64,000 nucleotides of DNA from Thalia democratica (lineage: Eukaryota), in the NCBI GenBank assembly GCA_965202585.1, contig OZ241830.1, forward strand, positions 36,890,001 to 36,954,000. Direction: 5' to 3'. The notes below the pieces were generated by a model. That model saw only the letters and a list, made by a program, of their open reading frames with translations. It did no database searches and had not been told where the DNA came from. The translations under genes and the position numbers were made by a program. Numbering within the stretch: the first letter of the stretch is position 1; the number at the start of each line of letters is the position of its first letter. Positions 1-12,619 of this stretch are shown here, in pieces.

Positions 1-2572
1 TTTCAATGTTTTTGTTTTATTTTTGGAATTGTATGTAGTAGTTTTTTCTTAGAATACTTTTTTTTTTTAATCGAATAGAAAAAACTATCGATACAAGAGG
101 AAACGCTTTAATTTGATTATCAATATAAGTTATTTAATTTTAAGTAGTTTCATGAACTATATAATATTTAAAATTTAATAGTCTCATAAATTAATTTTAA
201 CACATAGTTTGAAAATTATATACATAAAGCACTATTAAAAGTCACCAAAATGGTCATTTAAATGAGCCAAACAAGATCTATGAATTCAGATGAACATATA
301 CAGGCTCAGTTAGAAGTCTATTAATTCGTTTAATTTTAGTTTTTATAAAAAGTTATATGTCAAATAATAATATTTGTTACGAATACAGTATAAATATAAT
401 TCTTTACAGTTAGAATTAAAATTCTTATGTTTATTATTAATATAGATGAAACATATAGAAAATAGTAATATTTTTCTTAAGTAACGGTAATTTTATTTTT
501 AAAGTTTAACTCTCATGTTTAAAACAATTTCAATATTAGAGCTGATCTTTCAAAATTAAAGTTACAAAGTTTGAAGCTTACTTATAAACTGTAATTCCAA
601 CTAAGAAAAAAGTTAAAGTTTATTTTTAAAAACTAATTAACGCCATTAGCTCAAATTATCTAAAAAATGTAACACACCACTAAATGTTAATTATGTGTTA
701 AACTACATGTTAAACACGTGTTTCCGCCTTAATGCTTTACGTATCAGGTCATTTCTTGGCTGGTATTTATTTTATCACGAATTATGATGAGGTAATCTAA
801 GAGTTGAATTGCACTTACGTTTCAAGAATTTTGTTGCTTTTTGAGTTCAGTTTTGTAAAGCAGTGCGCAAACTAGTGTGCATTTTGTAACTGTGCACCGA
901 AAACTAAATTACTTATTTACAAGTTTATTGAATCGTAAATTTATTTATATAACAATGCTTCACTTAATTTATAATCAATATTACTGAGATTCTCAGTTGT
1001 GTTAATTATTTTATTCATAAAGATCTATTTTTTCAAATTCTATTGAATAGAAACGCTTTTATACTAATTATTTTTTGATTTCATTTTTATTAAATAAGCA
1101 TGATTCACAGTTGTTTATTTTCTCTTGTTTTGTTTCATTTTCACGGTAACTGGTATTCTTAAACCCATAAACAATTAAGTTTAATATACTATTTTGCTAT
1201 ATTTGACACAGTCGGAATTTTTAGGACTGAAACCGGGTAGTGAGTAAAGTAATTGATCTAAACGAATTTATTTATTATATTTATTAAGATATTATTATAT
1301 CTAAATAAGCTCTTTATTTACAGTGAAACGAGCTACATTTTTTAGTTAAGACAAATGACTTTTAACCTAAAAAAGAAAAGTTCAATTCAAAAACCAACTC
1401 TTAAATAAGCAAACTGGAAAACTATAAACATAAGATGTGCCAATTAGTTTTATGAATTAACTTAGTTTATATTGGATGTTATTTTTTAACTACATAAAAA
1501 TTAGTACAAACAAAAACATTAAAACAACCAATGAGTTAATACTTCAAAGTAATTGAAACCGTAAAAATTGATGAGAAAAAGTTTTGTAAAAGTATAAATA
1601 AAGTGAAATTCTATTTGTAAAGCTTGTTTACAACTGATTATCTCGTTTGATTCACTTCAAACGAGAGAAGCATTGTTTTGTTAAAAAAAATTAAATTGAA
1701 AAAAGTACTGAATCATTGTGACGTATTTTGTATGCGCGTAGCTTGCCTTCTTTATCTCATTATACTTCGGATTTAAGTTTAAGTTTTGAATCATAAATGA
1801 ACGATAAATGCTTCTTTTCAAAAACGAAAAAATTATGAATTGTAATTGGTTAGTCGAAATAAAAAGTAAGTGTTTTAATTTTCTCTTTAAAAAGTAAAGA
1901 TTATACAACATCAACTATAGTTTACTTGTGATTAAAACAACTAATTGTTATGTGTGTTTTTTCATAACTTTGGTATTATATAGAACTCAACAAAAGTCTT
2001 ACGCAAACAAATCAGTTTGAATAACGATTAAATAGTAGATACATAAGCATGATATACGTACTTCAAAGAAAGTATAGTCCATGTAAATACGTGTAAAACA
2101 GTGTTAAATTTTGATGATTGTATAATCAACAAAACTGTCAACTAATTTTATATTAATCAATTTTGAGATTAATATATAAATTAAAGTTGGTTTTGTTGAG
2201 TTTATTTGAAAACGACAAAAAAAAAGTGATAAATTGAACAAAATGAATAAAAACATTATTAATGACTTAAATATAATCAAAAGATAAATTAAACAGTTTG
2301 TAAATGTTTAAACATAGTAATTTCAGTATTAATTGTTTCAAATTTTAAGAAATAATCATAAAACGTTTAAAAAAAGTTCAGTTTTAAATTAGAATGTTAG
2401 AAAAATAAATTAATGATAAATTAATTTTGTTTTAAAAACACTATATGTGAACTTAAAATAGCAAGTCTAAACAGAACGTTGAAAAATCTCAAAAAACAAT
2501 AGCAATAAAAACAACATAAAAGCACAACATCAACAAAAAACCTTCAATAAAAAACAAAAAACATTAAAGCAG

Positions 2573-4306
2573 TTAAGCAATCTCGTAAACTGTGTGATTA
2601 AACTTGTCTCTTTTGTCAACCACTATTTCTCCTGGAAAAGCCCAAAAATTGCAGGGCAGAGGATCTTTTCGTTCATTATCCCAAAAATGCACGCCGCGGC
2701 CGAGGATGAAGACATAATTCACTTCCACAAGGCTGATAAAGAATTCAAAACTTAATATAATTTTTTACATATTATAAAGTTATTAAATTTATTTATTTGG
2801 CTCATTATGTATTACAACATTACTAACTAAATTGATCTATCATGATTAGTGTACGGCTGATTTGTTGGGTATGAATCTCTGTTACTGTAGATCTCCACTT
2901 TTACACCTAGTTTCCAAAAACTAGGTTAGAGTAAATTTAACAATAATTACAATCGTACCTAGCATTTAAATTTTTAAATAAATATTTATATTTATGATAA
3001 TATAAGATAACTAGTTAATATAAAAAAACAATGTTTGCGTTAGTTAAAACGTTGGTACCTTTGTTTAAAAAACTTTTACGCAGATTCGTTAGTTCTTTAA
3101 AATTGTTCTGTTGATCATCTGGTAAACTTAAAGTTGTAAACAAATTGACTGTCTTCAAACTTGGATAGTAAAATTTTAATGCTTCTATTAACAATTTTAA
3201 ACTCTCAACCTAAGCAAAAAAAAATAGTTCTCACGTGCAAAACTAATAAAACGAGCTAAGAGATAAAAATTAATAATCTTCAAAAAACTTTTAAACTTTA
3301 GTTAGCATACTTTTTTAGCTGTCAAAAAACTACTGAATAATTTTTTCTATATAATAGATAGATATTATATTTTAATACAAACTTGATCGATGGAATTGAA
3401 GTATCTATCTTTAATGTTTGCGCTCAAAATTTTCTCCTGCTACTGTTCAGGTCCCAGTTCTTTGATTATTCTTTTCCAGGTCACTGTCTTTTGGCTATGC
3501 TTCTTCTGATTGGGTTTTGGGTCGAACGAAAGTTTTTTGACCTGTAACTTATAAACAAAATACAGGAATTTTTATTACTTTACAAAACATAAATCTATAA
3601 TGCCAGTACTATTATAGGCATGTATTTGTAAGTTTTCATATAAAATCTAAAATAGAACCTAATGAATTTAGGTTACTCATTTTCTTTTTAATTATACATG
3701 TTTTCGAAACTGCACAAAACTTCTTATTCAAGTAACAATTAATTTTAATTTTTTTTCTAGTATGTAGAAAGTTTATAAATTGGTTTAAAGTATTACGACG
3801 TATGAATATAAACTAGATTTTTAAAAACACAAATTTTAAGATAGAGCAAAGAAAACTTTAGAAAAATGTAATAAGAAAACTAGTAATAATTTTTGAATCT
3901 TATTTTTTTTGTCTACTACTTTAGAATTGTTGTATTGTTAAAACACAGTTTTACCTTTTTCTCTGGTTCTTTTTTTGGAATAGTAGGCTTTAAGCTCGTT
4001 TTGGGCCATTCTGGTTTACGAGCTTGGATCTTTTTAATCAGTTGGCTGCAGTTCAAGTATTTTGCGAGTTTTAACAAATCAGTGTCACTACAAGTGTTGC
4101 CTAAATGATCTAAATAAGCAAACACTAAAAATGGTTTGACTGCCTTAAATTGCTGTTCATCACATTTAATTACTTTTTGGTTAAAATCATAGGCGCAAAT
4201 TGTAGCCAAAACGCATTTGTGTTCAGGAATTTTTTGGGTTTGATACGAAAATTCTATATCACAATACACATCATTTTGCTGTAGTGCACGCATACTTTGT
4301 CCTAGA
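2573..4306 (-). CDS. BTB/POZ + MITD1-C-terminal-like (PLD-fold) coding exons: 4306-3955, 3541-3383, 3209-3059, 2906-2828, 2732-2573. One in-frame TAG at 3442-3440, so possibly a null allele or pseudogene.
   Basis: All introns are GT-AG and the phases chain (0,0,1,2). The BTB-like segment reads YCDIEFSYQTQKIPEHKCVLA...FLVFAYLD...LLKLAKYLNCSQL. The C-terminus (ANIKDRYFNSIDQVESL...KTVNLFTT...KSFLNKGVKVEIY...NHDRSIYL...FILGRGVHFW) matches from memory the MITD1 pattern IEDPYI...KTIHLLTS...HGVLLEV...HDREIRF...IKIGRGLDYF. Terminal TAA at 2575-2573. Confidence 0.8.
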
Positions 4307-4371
4307 CTAGATAAAATATTATAATTTAGAGTTTATCTGTTTTTAGTATTAGTGATCTACGAGGTCTTAGT

Positions 4372-4497
4372 ATCCGGTTGGATCAAAATCTAAAAAAGCA
4401 CCGTATCCGAACAGATCCTATTTAGAAAATTTTATCTGGATTTTTATTTAAAAGTATCCAAATTCTAATTCCAAAGTATCCGGATTCGGTAGGATTC
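4372..4497. repeat. ATCCGG/CCGGAT-rich intronic repeat fragment, with a related patch at 6441-6498; probable MITE remnant
   Basis: Clustered tatccg/ccggat/ggatcc words in otherwise very AT-rich introns. Confidence 0.35.
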
Positions 4498-4783
4498 TAA
4501 TGTTATAAGTCTGATATATCAATTAAGAAACCATATACTCTAGAGTTAAAGATGAGAATCAATAAGAAAAAGTTTAGTGCTTTTAAAGTTAGTTATACAA
4601 CTTAAACTAGAAATACAAGACAACTTTAAATTGTACTGGATATTACGAGAAAAATAGCATGTTTTATAGGACCTGGCCGGATTCTTATTTTATATATTTT
4701 GTTAAATATATTTTAAAATATATTATTATATATTAATATATTCTAATTTAAATAATAATGACAAGTATTTCAATAAAAGATAC

Positions 4784-7516
4784 CTTATTCTTGATGAGTT
4801 CACTGCAGTATATTCACCAATTTCATTGCTATAATTTTTTAGCATACATAATTGATTTTCCACTTTGTTTATTTTTTTATTGTTTTTATTGAAATTTAAG
4901 ATGAGTAATGTTGCGTAAAAAACCTAAAAAAATTAATTTTGGTTACAATAAAGAGAATTTTAAACCCATTTTAAACCACTCATAAAAAAAATAGAACCAC
5001 TTAAACTCAAAACGTTATGCGTCCTATTGAAACAATACGGTGTTTCCCATTATACTTGATGAGAAGTTTTTTTTTTAATTTATACCTATATCCCTTACCC
5101 ACCTTACTAAACATTAAAAATTGATCAAAAATATAACTACTTATATTTAAAATTAGTTAACTTTAAAGAGTCTTATTGAATAGCTACGGTGTTTACCTTA
5201 ATACTTGCTAAGTCAGCAATAAAATAAGCTTATTTCCGTGTAATTTTGAATTTTATTTTATGAATATAGCTTTATATTTTAAATATGGTAATAAAAATTC
5301 TATTTTTTAATAATTTTTAATATGTTCGGGTAAGGTTAGTTAGAGGTTGGAGTAAAAATTAAAAAACTGACTCCGCAAATATTATTAATTTACCCACTCT
5401 TTATATTAATAAATACTTTCAAATTTAATACTAAATAATTCTCACTTTGACAAATAAAAGACTGATTGCCACACCGGCTGAACCAAAACAGTATGTCGGA
5501 AATATTTTTTCACACGTGATTTTCTCCATTTCATCTACATATTGGGGTATCATCGATTTGTTGAATAGAGCTTTAAATATTTATTATTCTAGGTTATCAG
5601 CCTTTTATACTTGTTATATATAGTAAATTTTAATTGCTTAAGAATCAAAATTCGATTGTAGTTGTAGTTAAATATTTAAATTAATAACAACCTTTAAACA
5701 TTATAAGATGTAAACAGAGTTGTTTATTTTAGGGTTGCAAAATGTTTTTAGCAAATTTTTTCGAGGTTTTAAAATTTCCTCCGGTTTTTAAAAGTACACA
5801 TTTTTGGGTCTATTTTTAGTTTTAATTTAAGTTCAATTTAAGAATCTGCAATAAATAGCAAAGTAAAAAAAAACATACTTTGAAGTTACTTTATTTGTTG
5901 TTTTAAATTTAAATAAAAAATGATAATAACAAAGAAATATTATCAACATAATAGCTATTTTGAGTCAAATCAAACTTTTACTACTAAACATGTTAAAGTT
6001 GTTTATATTCCAGGCTTTTTTATGTTTTTTTTTTCAAAATTCAGGTTTTTTTAGTTTTTTTTTCTCAAAACTTCTCAAATTCCAGATTTTTTAGAAAAAA
6101 TTTTCAAATTCCAGGTTTCTTGGCAGCCTTGTTATTTTTAATTAACAATAGCATTGAAACATTTTATATGGCTACAAGATAGTTTTGTTTACAAAATTAT
6201 TGTATATCAATTGAAATAGCTTCCACATATGACTTAGTATAAGATAAAAACATGAAATACACTTCACATATAAAAGTACTAATTACCTTCAAGTTCATAT
6301 TGAACTCTTAGATTGAAAATTACTCCGATCAATAACACAAAGAAGTTGATCAACATCAGAATGAGAAGCTGTTGAAAAATAATTAAATTTTAAACAAATA
6401 AGAAAAATAGTATTAGTGAGTATACCAGTGGACTACACGGTCCAATATTTGACCGGATCTGGACATTTTTTGCTTGGATCCGGAATCGGCCGGATCTAGT
6501 TTATTGGAAAGAATTTTCCAACATTAGAAATTTTCACTGACCTTTAGCAATTTAGCGCAACGCGCAAGTAATTTTGTAATTTATGATTTATAATTTAACA
6601 TAGCACTAAAAGCACATGTAAAAACTGACATTCTCTGAAGATTTTTAAGATGATTTTCCAAATAAACATTGTAACAAATAAACAAAGTAACGTATATTAA
6701 AAAAAAGGCCGACATATATTCATTGAGGAGAACTCAACTATTTCTAACAAACAAACTTTTGCACGCATTTTGCTTAAAGAATTGGAGACTACATATCAAG
6801 ATTACAACTATACATTTAATTATACCCCTATTTATAAATACATAAATACACTTGGTGCTCATAGCGGCTTTTAAACTGTTTATAAATCAGTTAAGATTGA
6901 TGTTTTAAAAAGTTTTATATTTAGTCATTTATAAGCATTTATTTCAAAAGATGCAAATATCAATTGAATTATATTTCAAAATTATTTAACTTTAAAGAGT
7001 CTTATTGAATAGCTACGGTGCTTACCTTAATATTTGGTGAGTCAGAAAAGGGATACTTTAAAATTTAGAAATGTTAAATTTTGCTAAAGTTTTTAGATTA
7101 CTGATTTTATTAGAAGGGAAAAAGATGAGCTTTTAAGTAAATAATTTAAAAATTAAGTTTTACTTTATGAACTTTAAAAAAATTAATAAAAAATGACCAG
7201 TACTACGTGGCTAACAAAAAAAATGATTTAAACTATATCATTCAAGCTGAAGAACCGCAACTTGTTAAAAAAGTAAATAAAAACTAGAATACAAAAACGT
7301 TTTGAAAAATTTGTTGAAAATATTAAAACTCACCACTCCTAGCATACTCTTGTCTTTTTTGATGTTGTTGATAAATCCAAGTATTCCTATTACAGTTGAC
7401 AGAACGCCTGAACTGATAATCATGGTAATGCCATCGGTAGTTTTTGCGTTGACAAGGCATTTTGCAGCATATTGTCTTGAGCGGATGCTGATACCTACTA
7501 ATGACAAACTGCACAG
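4784..7516 (-). CDS. Tetraspanin-like four-TM protein exons: 7516-7334, 6368-6287, 5570-5446, 4923-4784. The first coding exon was not located.
   Basis: The exons translate to LCSLSLVGISI...MIISSGVLSTVIGILGFINNIKKDKSMLGV | LLILMLINFFVLLIGVIFNLRVQYELE | ALFNKSMIPQY...CFGSAGVAISLLFVK | VFYATLLILNF...GEYTAV. Hydrophobic spacing and intron positions resemble tetraspanin TM1-TM4. Donors are gtgagt, gtaatt, gtgaga and gtatct, and the phases chain 0,1,0. Confidence 0.7.
5157..5191 (+). repeat. 35-bp exact dispersed repeat, second copy at 6986-7020, weaker third copy near 5010-5060
   Basis: ttaactttaaagagtcttattgaatagctacggtg occurs identically at both positions. Confidence 0.8.
5730..6131. mobile_element. 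hAT-like MITE of the AGGGTTGCCA/TGGCAACCCT family
   Basis: Left end tagggttgcaa, right end tggcagccttg, internal tandem aaattccaggttttt subrepeats. The body sequence (tttttgggtctatttttagtt) is shared with the copies at 7.6 kb and 14.9 kb. No convincing TSD. Confidence 0.6.
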
Positions 7517-7600
7517 CTGGAAATAAGATACATGTCAATTAGTTGTAGCTAAGTGTATAGTTTTGTTTTATTTTGAACAGTTATGGTTTTTAAGTATACA

Positions 7601-8183
7601 AGTTTTTGGGTCTATTTTTAGTTTAATATGAAGTTTTGGAAAAAAAATGTTTCAAATAGTAAAACAATATTGGTAAGACGCTAGAATACAACTTTAATTT
7701 TTTTTTTAGTAAAAATAATTAAGGATAGCAAAACGAAATTTGTGTCTATGATTGATTTTTTGTGTTAAAACAGAAACTTATTACTCTACATGTAATTTTT
7801 TTTTCGAATCTAGGTTTTTTAGTCATTTTTATTCAAAATTCCAGGTTTTTCAGTGTTTTGTTCAAAATTCCAAGTATTTTTTCAAAATTTCTTATATTCA
7901 AGTTTTTTTAGTCTAAAACTTTTAATTCCAAGTTATTTTTAGGTTTTTCGAGGATTCAAGGTAATTTTGAAATCTGCTTTAAAGCTACGTGTAAAGCTAC
8001 TATAAATGTGTCTCTTAATAAATAATATTCTAAATGATACATAAAAAGTTACTTTATATGGTAGATTTTCGTATAAAGCAAAAATTTTAAATACATACTA
8101 ATAATGTAAAAATTGTTTTAAGTTACCAGGTTTTCTAGACTTTATTTCAAAATTCTCAAATTCAAGTTTTTTCGACAACCATG
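7601..8183. mobile_element. Degenerate copy or copies of the same MITE family
   Basis: tttttgggtctatttttagtt body and repeated caaaattccaggttttt units; degenerate right end ttcgacaaccatg. Confidence 0.5.
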
Positions 8184-8725
8184 TATTATAGTACATTATT
8201 GTGCCTACACAAAAGATTTTAAATTAAATTAGGATCACAGAATAAAAATCAGTCTAAAATAAGTAAATATTGAATAAAATATATTTGTTATTGCTGGTTA
8301 TATACTAAGTATTTATAAGTATATTAGTTATTAATTTTTATTGTTTTTAGTTAATAATGATATTTATCGCCTAAATCGTAAAGCTATTTGAAACCTAACG
8401 AACTAATATTTTTTGCACTATACATAATATGTTTAATTAATAAACTAAAAAACTTTTCTTAAGGTATACTAAAAAGATGATTAAATAAGTATTTGCGTAA
8501 ACTTTTTTTCATTAACTTTGTTATATTCTTCTTAACTCAAATATTATATATATATATAAGTAAAAATTTCAAACTTATATTTCAAATATTGATCAGGGTT
8601 TTTTATTTTGGGATGTTACTACATATTTTGAGAACAACTGCTATATAATAAGTATTTTGTTAACATATGATTAAACTGGCTATTAAAAAAGGTTAATTAT
8701 AAAAGTTAATTTATTTAGCTTAAAC

Positions 8726-9022
8726 CAGCGGTTCTTAACCTTTTTATTATATTTTACCCTTTTATAGAGGGTAATTACAAAATTTACCCCAAGCAAAAAT
8801 ATTTTAATAAAATTTGATAAAAAAACTAGATTTTTTGAAAGTTTAGATAGCAAAATATTAAAATTCGTAACTTTAAACAGTTTTTTGAAGCAATGAAAAT
8901 TTACAGTTAAATACTAACTTAAAATTTTGTTAGACTTATAATAAACATTAACTTACATTACTTATAATCAAAAAAATTAACCTCCTTAAACAAAGGATTT
9001 TACCTTAGTTTAAGAATTGCTT
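8726..9022. mobile_element. hAT-Charlie-type MITE of about 300 bp
   Basis: Left terminal inverted repeat (TIR) cagcggttcttaacc; right end gtttaagaattgctt matches its reverse complement at 11/15; subterminal tttaccc repeats. TSD not clear. Confidence 0.55.
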
Positions 9023-10284
9023 TTGAACATTGGATTATTAATTCAGGTTTTATAAAGTTAAAGCTTCTACTATTTGTTTTTGATTTCATAAAAAAACTCA
9101 ATCTACTGTATTGTTTGAACAAAAATTCTTATTTCAACTAAATGTTTTAAGTTTCAAATTTTAATTTGTTAAAGGTTGTATATCTCTTAGTTTTGTGACA
9201 AAAGCTCTTAAAATTTCTTTAAAAAAAATTTCTTGTTCAACTTAAACTTATATTTTAATAAAATTAATAAATTAGTCAGTAAATTTTAAACTATAAAAAT
9301 TTGAAGAAAAATATGCTAAATTTTAGGAAAGTTGATAAAACTAGTTTAGTCTTTGCTTTATCTTTTTAAGAAATTCTAAATATAAGTTTGTTTCACTATA
9401 TTTTTTTAAACTGAGTATTTTTTTTAGGTATATCAAGTTTCTGGTAGCTTAATTATAAAAGCTAAAAAAACAAATTCCGAAATCATTATGTCCCCTATAA
9501 ACTTACTAATCTATTAATTAATAAAGTTACATTAAAAGTTAGTTTTAAATAAATAAATGAAAACATTAATAACAAAAGTTTTAATAACATTTTGAAAAAT
9601 ACAAACACTTATTTTAAAGCACTTTTAAAACATAAAATAAATAGTTTTATTTCTAATTAAACAATTTAAACTTACTAATAGTAGTATATTGACTAATAAA
9701 AGTAGTCTTTTTGCCAGAAATCCCATTTTGAAAATCAACTTTTAGGATTTCTAATCAACTTAACACTAAAAAATGTAATTAAAGTTTTATTAAACATTGA
9801 AAAATATGTTAAATCTCAAACTGTACACAACACTTAAAAAAATAAATTTAAAATAAAACTTTTATTTTACATACAAAATTGGCAAAATTTGTTATAAAGC
9901 ACTGTAAAATCATTAAATGTTTTAACATAAAGGCAACTTGTTTAAGGTTGTGTAAACTTTAAACTCTATAGAAAACATTTTTGCTCATCTTTTTATATAT
10001 GAATCATGTTTTTATACATAAGTAAACATTTAGTTAAGATTTATTTTTAAAGGAATCATTACTTTTGATTTGATTAGTATCAATATTTTAGTATATGATT
10101 ATGACTGACAATATTATTTTAAGAATGGTGTAAGGTACTTATTTTAAACTGTGTCAATTACTTAAAACAGTTAGTTACTTTAAATGTGGTTTTGAATAAT
10201 TTTTTTTTTATGATGACAAGAATTTTTCAACTATATGCAAATTTTTCTTTTTAAATCAAAATCTTACTACTAAAATGTAAAAAC

Positions 10285-10452
10285 TGTTTAAAATTCAAGG
10301 TTTTCCAACTTTTTTGGTAATAAATGTTCAAAATTCAATGTTTTATAGAGATTTTTGTTCAAAACTTGAGGTTTTGTTCAAAATTTCTCAAGTTCCAGGT
10401 TTTTTAAGCCTAAATTGTCAAATTCCAGGAATCCAGGTTTTTTGGCAACCCT
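10285..10452. mobile_element. Right-end fragment of the AGGGTTGCCA MITE family
   Basis: aaattccagg/atccaggttttt subrepeats ending in ttggcaaccct. Confidence 0.6.
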
Positions 10453-11376
10453 ATCATTTGACATCAGTGGCGTCGCGTGGTATTTTTGTTAGGGGGTGCT
10501 GCAGATTGAGTTGTCAACTTAAAAAAATCCCCTAATTTGAAACACTAAAATAAAGCTCAAGGAGTTAGAGAGAAATAGGGAAATTTGCAAGCTAAAAGTC
10601 TTTAAGATATTAGCTTAAATACTTCTTAATATGAATATAAAAAAAACATGATATACATACTTAAAAACATATATTTTATACTTAATTTGTAATATACGAG
10701 AAATTTGTTTAAAAGTACTTAATGAAGGAAATAGATTACTATGTTGCTAAAAAAGTTTATCATAATACAGTACATAAATTTACAATATATCATACATTGA
10801 TAAAAAGTTTGTATGAATTAACATAACTTAATTATAAGAGCAAAATAAGTTTTTTTTACAGATTAAAAAAATATTTATTTTTCGTGTTTAAATAACTTCT
10901 TACAATACAACTTTAAAAAAAATTAAAAACTACGTATTTAACTATTTAAGTATCAATGCTTTCATTAACAAAAAGAAGAAAACATGTTTAAAAAATTAAA
11001 ATTAAGGATCAAAAAGTTTTATTAATAACTTTTTTGTAGATTATAAAGTTAACTCAAAAAGTAAAGTAACTTTTAAAGCAAATAAAAACAAATTGCTTTA
11101 AACAGTAACTTTGTTTCTTTTGAGTTACTTACTTATTTTTTAACAGTAAAAAAAACATTAAAATTGAAAAAAAAATCACACGAGAAGGAATTTTCTATTA
11201 AAACTTTTACAATGCAACACAAAGGTCTTGAAAAAGTTATAATTATTACAGCAGTAAAAAAAAATTGACTTTATTATTAAAATAGTTTTATACACTAAAA
11301 AATTAAATAAAATTCTACATACGTTTTGAAACATATATAATTTTAATATCATTTATAAAAAACTAAAAAGAAAAAT

Positions 11377-11900
11377 TTAGTCAGAATTAGCTTTCATATA
11401 GATAATAAACAAATGAAGCAAAATTTGTTTAAAAGGTCTTTGTTTGCAAATTAAATAACTACAAGTTGTAAAATAACCTTTAAAAGTTTATATCTAGGAT
11501 CAAAAAATAATTATCTAAAACAACTAACTTTTACTAAAAACATAATTGAAGTTAAGTCAGAATTAGTTTTCATATACAAAATTAATAATCAAAGCAAAAT
11601 CTATGTGTTAGTTCTTAATTTGTTGACTAAAAAAATAAAATTTGTAAAATAACCTACAAGCATTAGCATCTATTTAATGAAATACTAACTAAAAACATAT
11701 AATGTATCTGAAAAAAAATAAAATATAAAGTTTAGTCAAAAGTAGCATTCAGTACAGAGAATTAAAAATAAAATATTTTAGGTAGTTCCTATTTGCAAAC
11801 TATAAAAATTAAAAGTTTGAAAGTAACATATAAACTTTAATACTTAATAACAATAAATATTAATCAAAAACACAAAACAAAATAATCTTAATTAATCTCA
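11377..11900. repeat. Three degenerate tandem units of about 177 bp inside the hAT element
   Basis: The unit head ttagtcagaattag recurs at 11377, 11553 and 11732, each followed by similar aagcaaaat...ttgcaaa...gtaaaataacct segments. Confidence 0.65.
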
Positions 11901-12619
11901 GCTAAAAAATATATTAGGATGAAACAATGTTTCAAATATACCTTAGCTCTAAAGACAGTTATAAAGCTAATATTTTAGTTAAAACTGCAACAATCTTTGT
12001 AAACATAATAACTTTTTCCTCATAATATATTTTCTTTTTAAAGTAACAAACACATATATAAAATAAAATATTTTTTTTCATATAGTTCAAACTTTTAGCT
12101 TAGTCACATAATAAACTTCAAACCTCTTGATGTACACTCTTGGGTAATTGAAATACCTGGTGTTGGTCTGCTGTTTTTTAACTTAAGCTTTTCAACCTCA
12201 TACAAAGCATTTATATCAAGGCGTTTAAGCTGATCCACAGTCCATTCTTTATAATTTGTAGTTTGCATGTTGTTATTTTTTAAAACAACCTAAAAAATTA
12301 ATTATGCCCGTGTTGAACTATTTGTGAAAATCTTTACACGGTACTGATATTTCAAAGCTAATTATTTTTTTTAATCTGAAAACTATCTTGTAATATATAA
12401 GTAACGCTTTAATACAATTTCTAATGCTAATTTTTGTTATAAAAATATGATAGACCCCCTATGTCCTTTGTATTAAACAATTTTTTCATTTAAATTAAAT
12501 AGATGAAACTTGTTAGTTTTAAAACAGGTTGACATAAGTTTAACTATGAGAATTGTCTTTTGTTGTGTAAGTAAGTTTATCTAAAAACTTTAATGTATTT
12601 GCCTAAAAAATCAAATTGG

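Noticed and set aside
1-2570. Short AT-rich ORFs such as 1681-1914, 14469-15372, 16265-16600, 24637-26278, 39495-39683, 43138-43341, 45919-46215 and 54693-54878
   Set aside because: They have the F/L/K/I/N-biased composition expected from AT-rich non-coding or MITE sequence, no recognisable motifs and no supporting exon chain.
7302-7538. ORFs 7302-7526 (+) and 7323-7538 (-), and 3893-4108 (+)
   Set aside because: Wrong strand or frame. The 7265-7507 and 3916-4293 frames are the ones that chain by splice phase.
8050-8097. MYLKFLLYTKIYHI as the missing first tetraspanin exon
   Set aside because: The phase does not match the main acceptor at 7516 and the peptide is too polar for TM1. A gtaagt donor near 14088 was also tried and gave no open TM-like frame.
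11377-11900. CRISPR-like array
   Set aside because: The units are long, degenerate eukaryotic tandem repeats with no invariant repeat/unique spacer structure and no cas genes.
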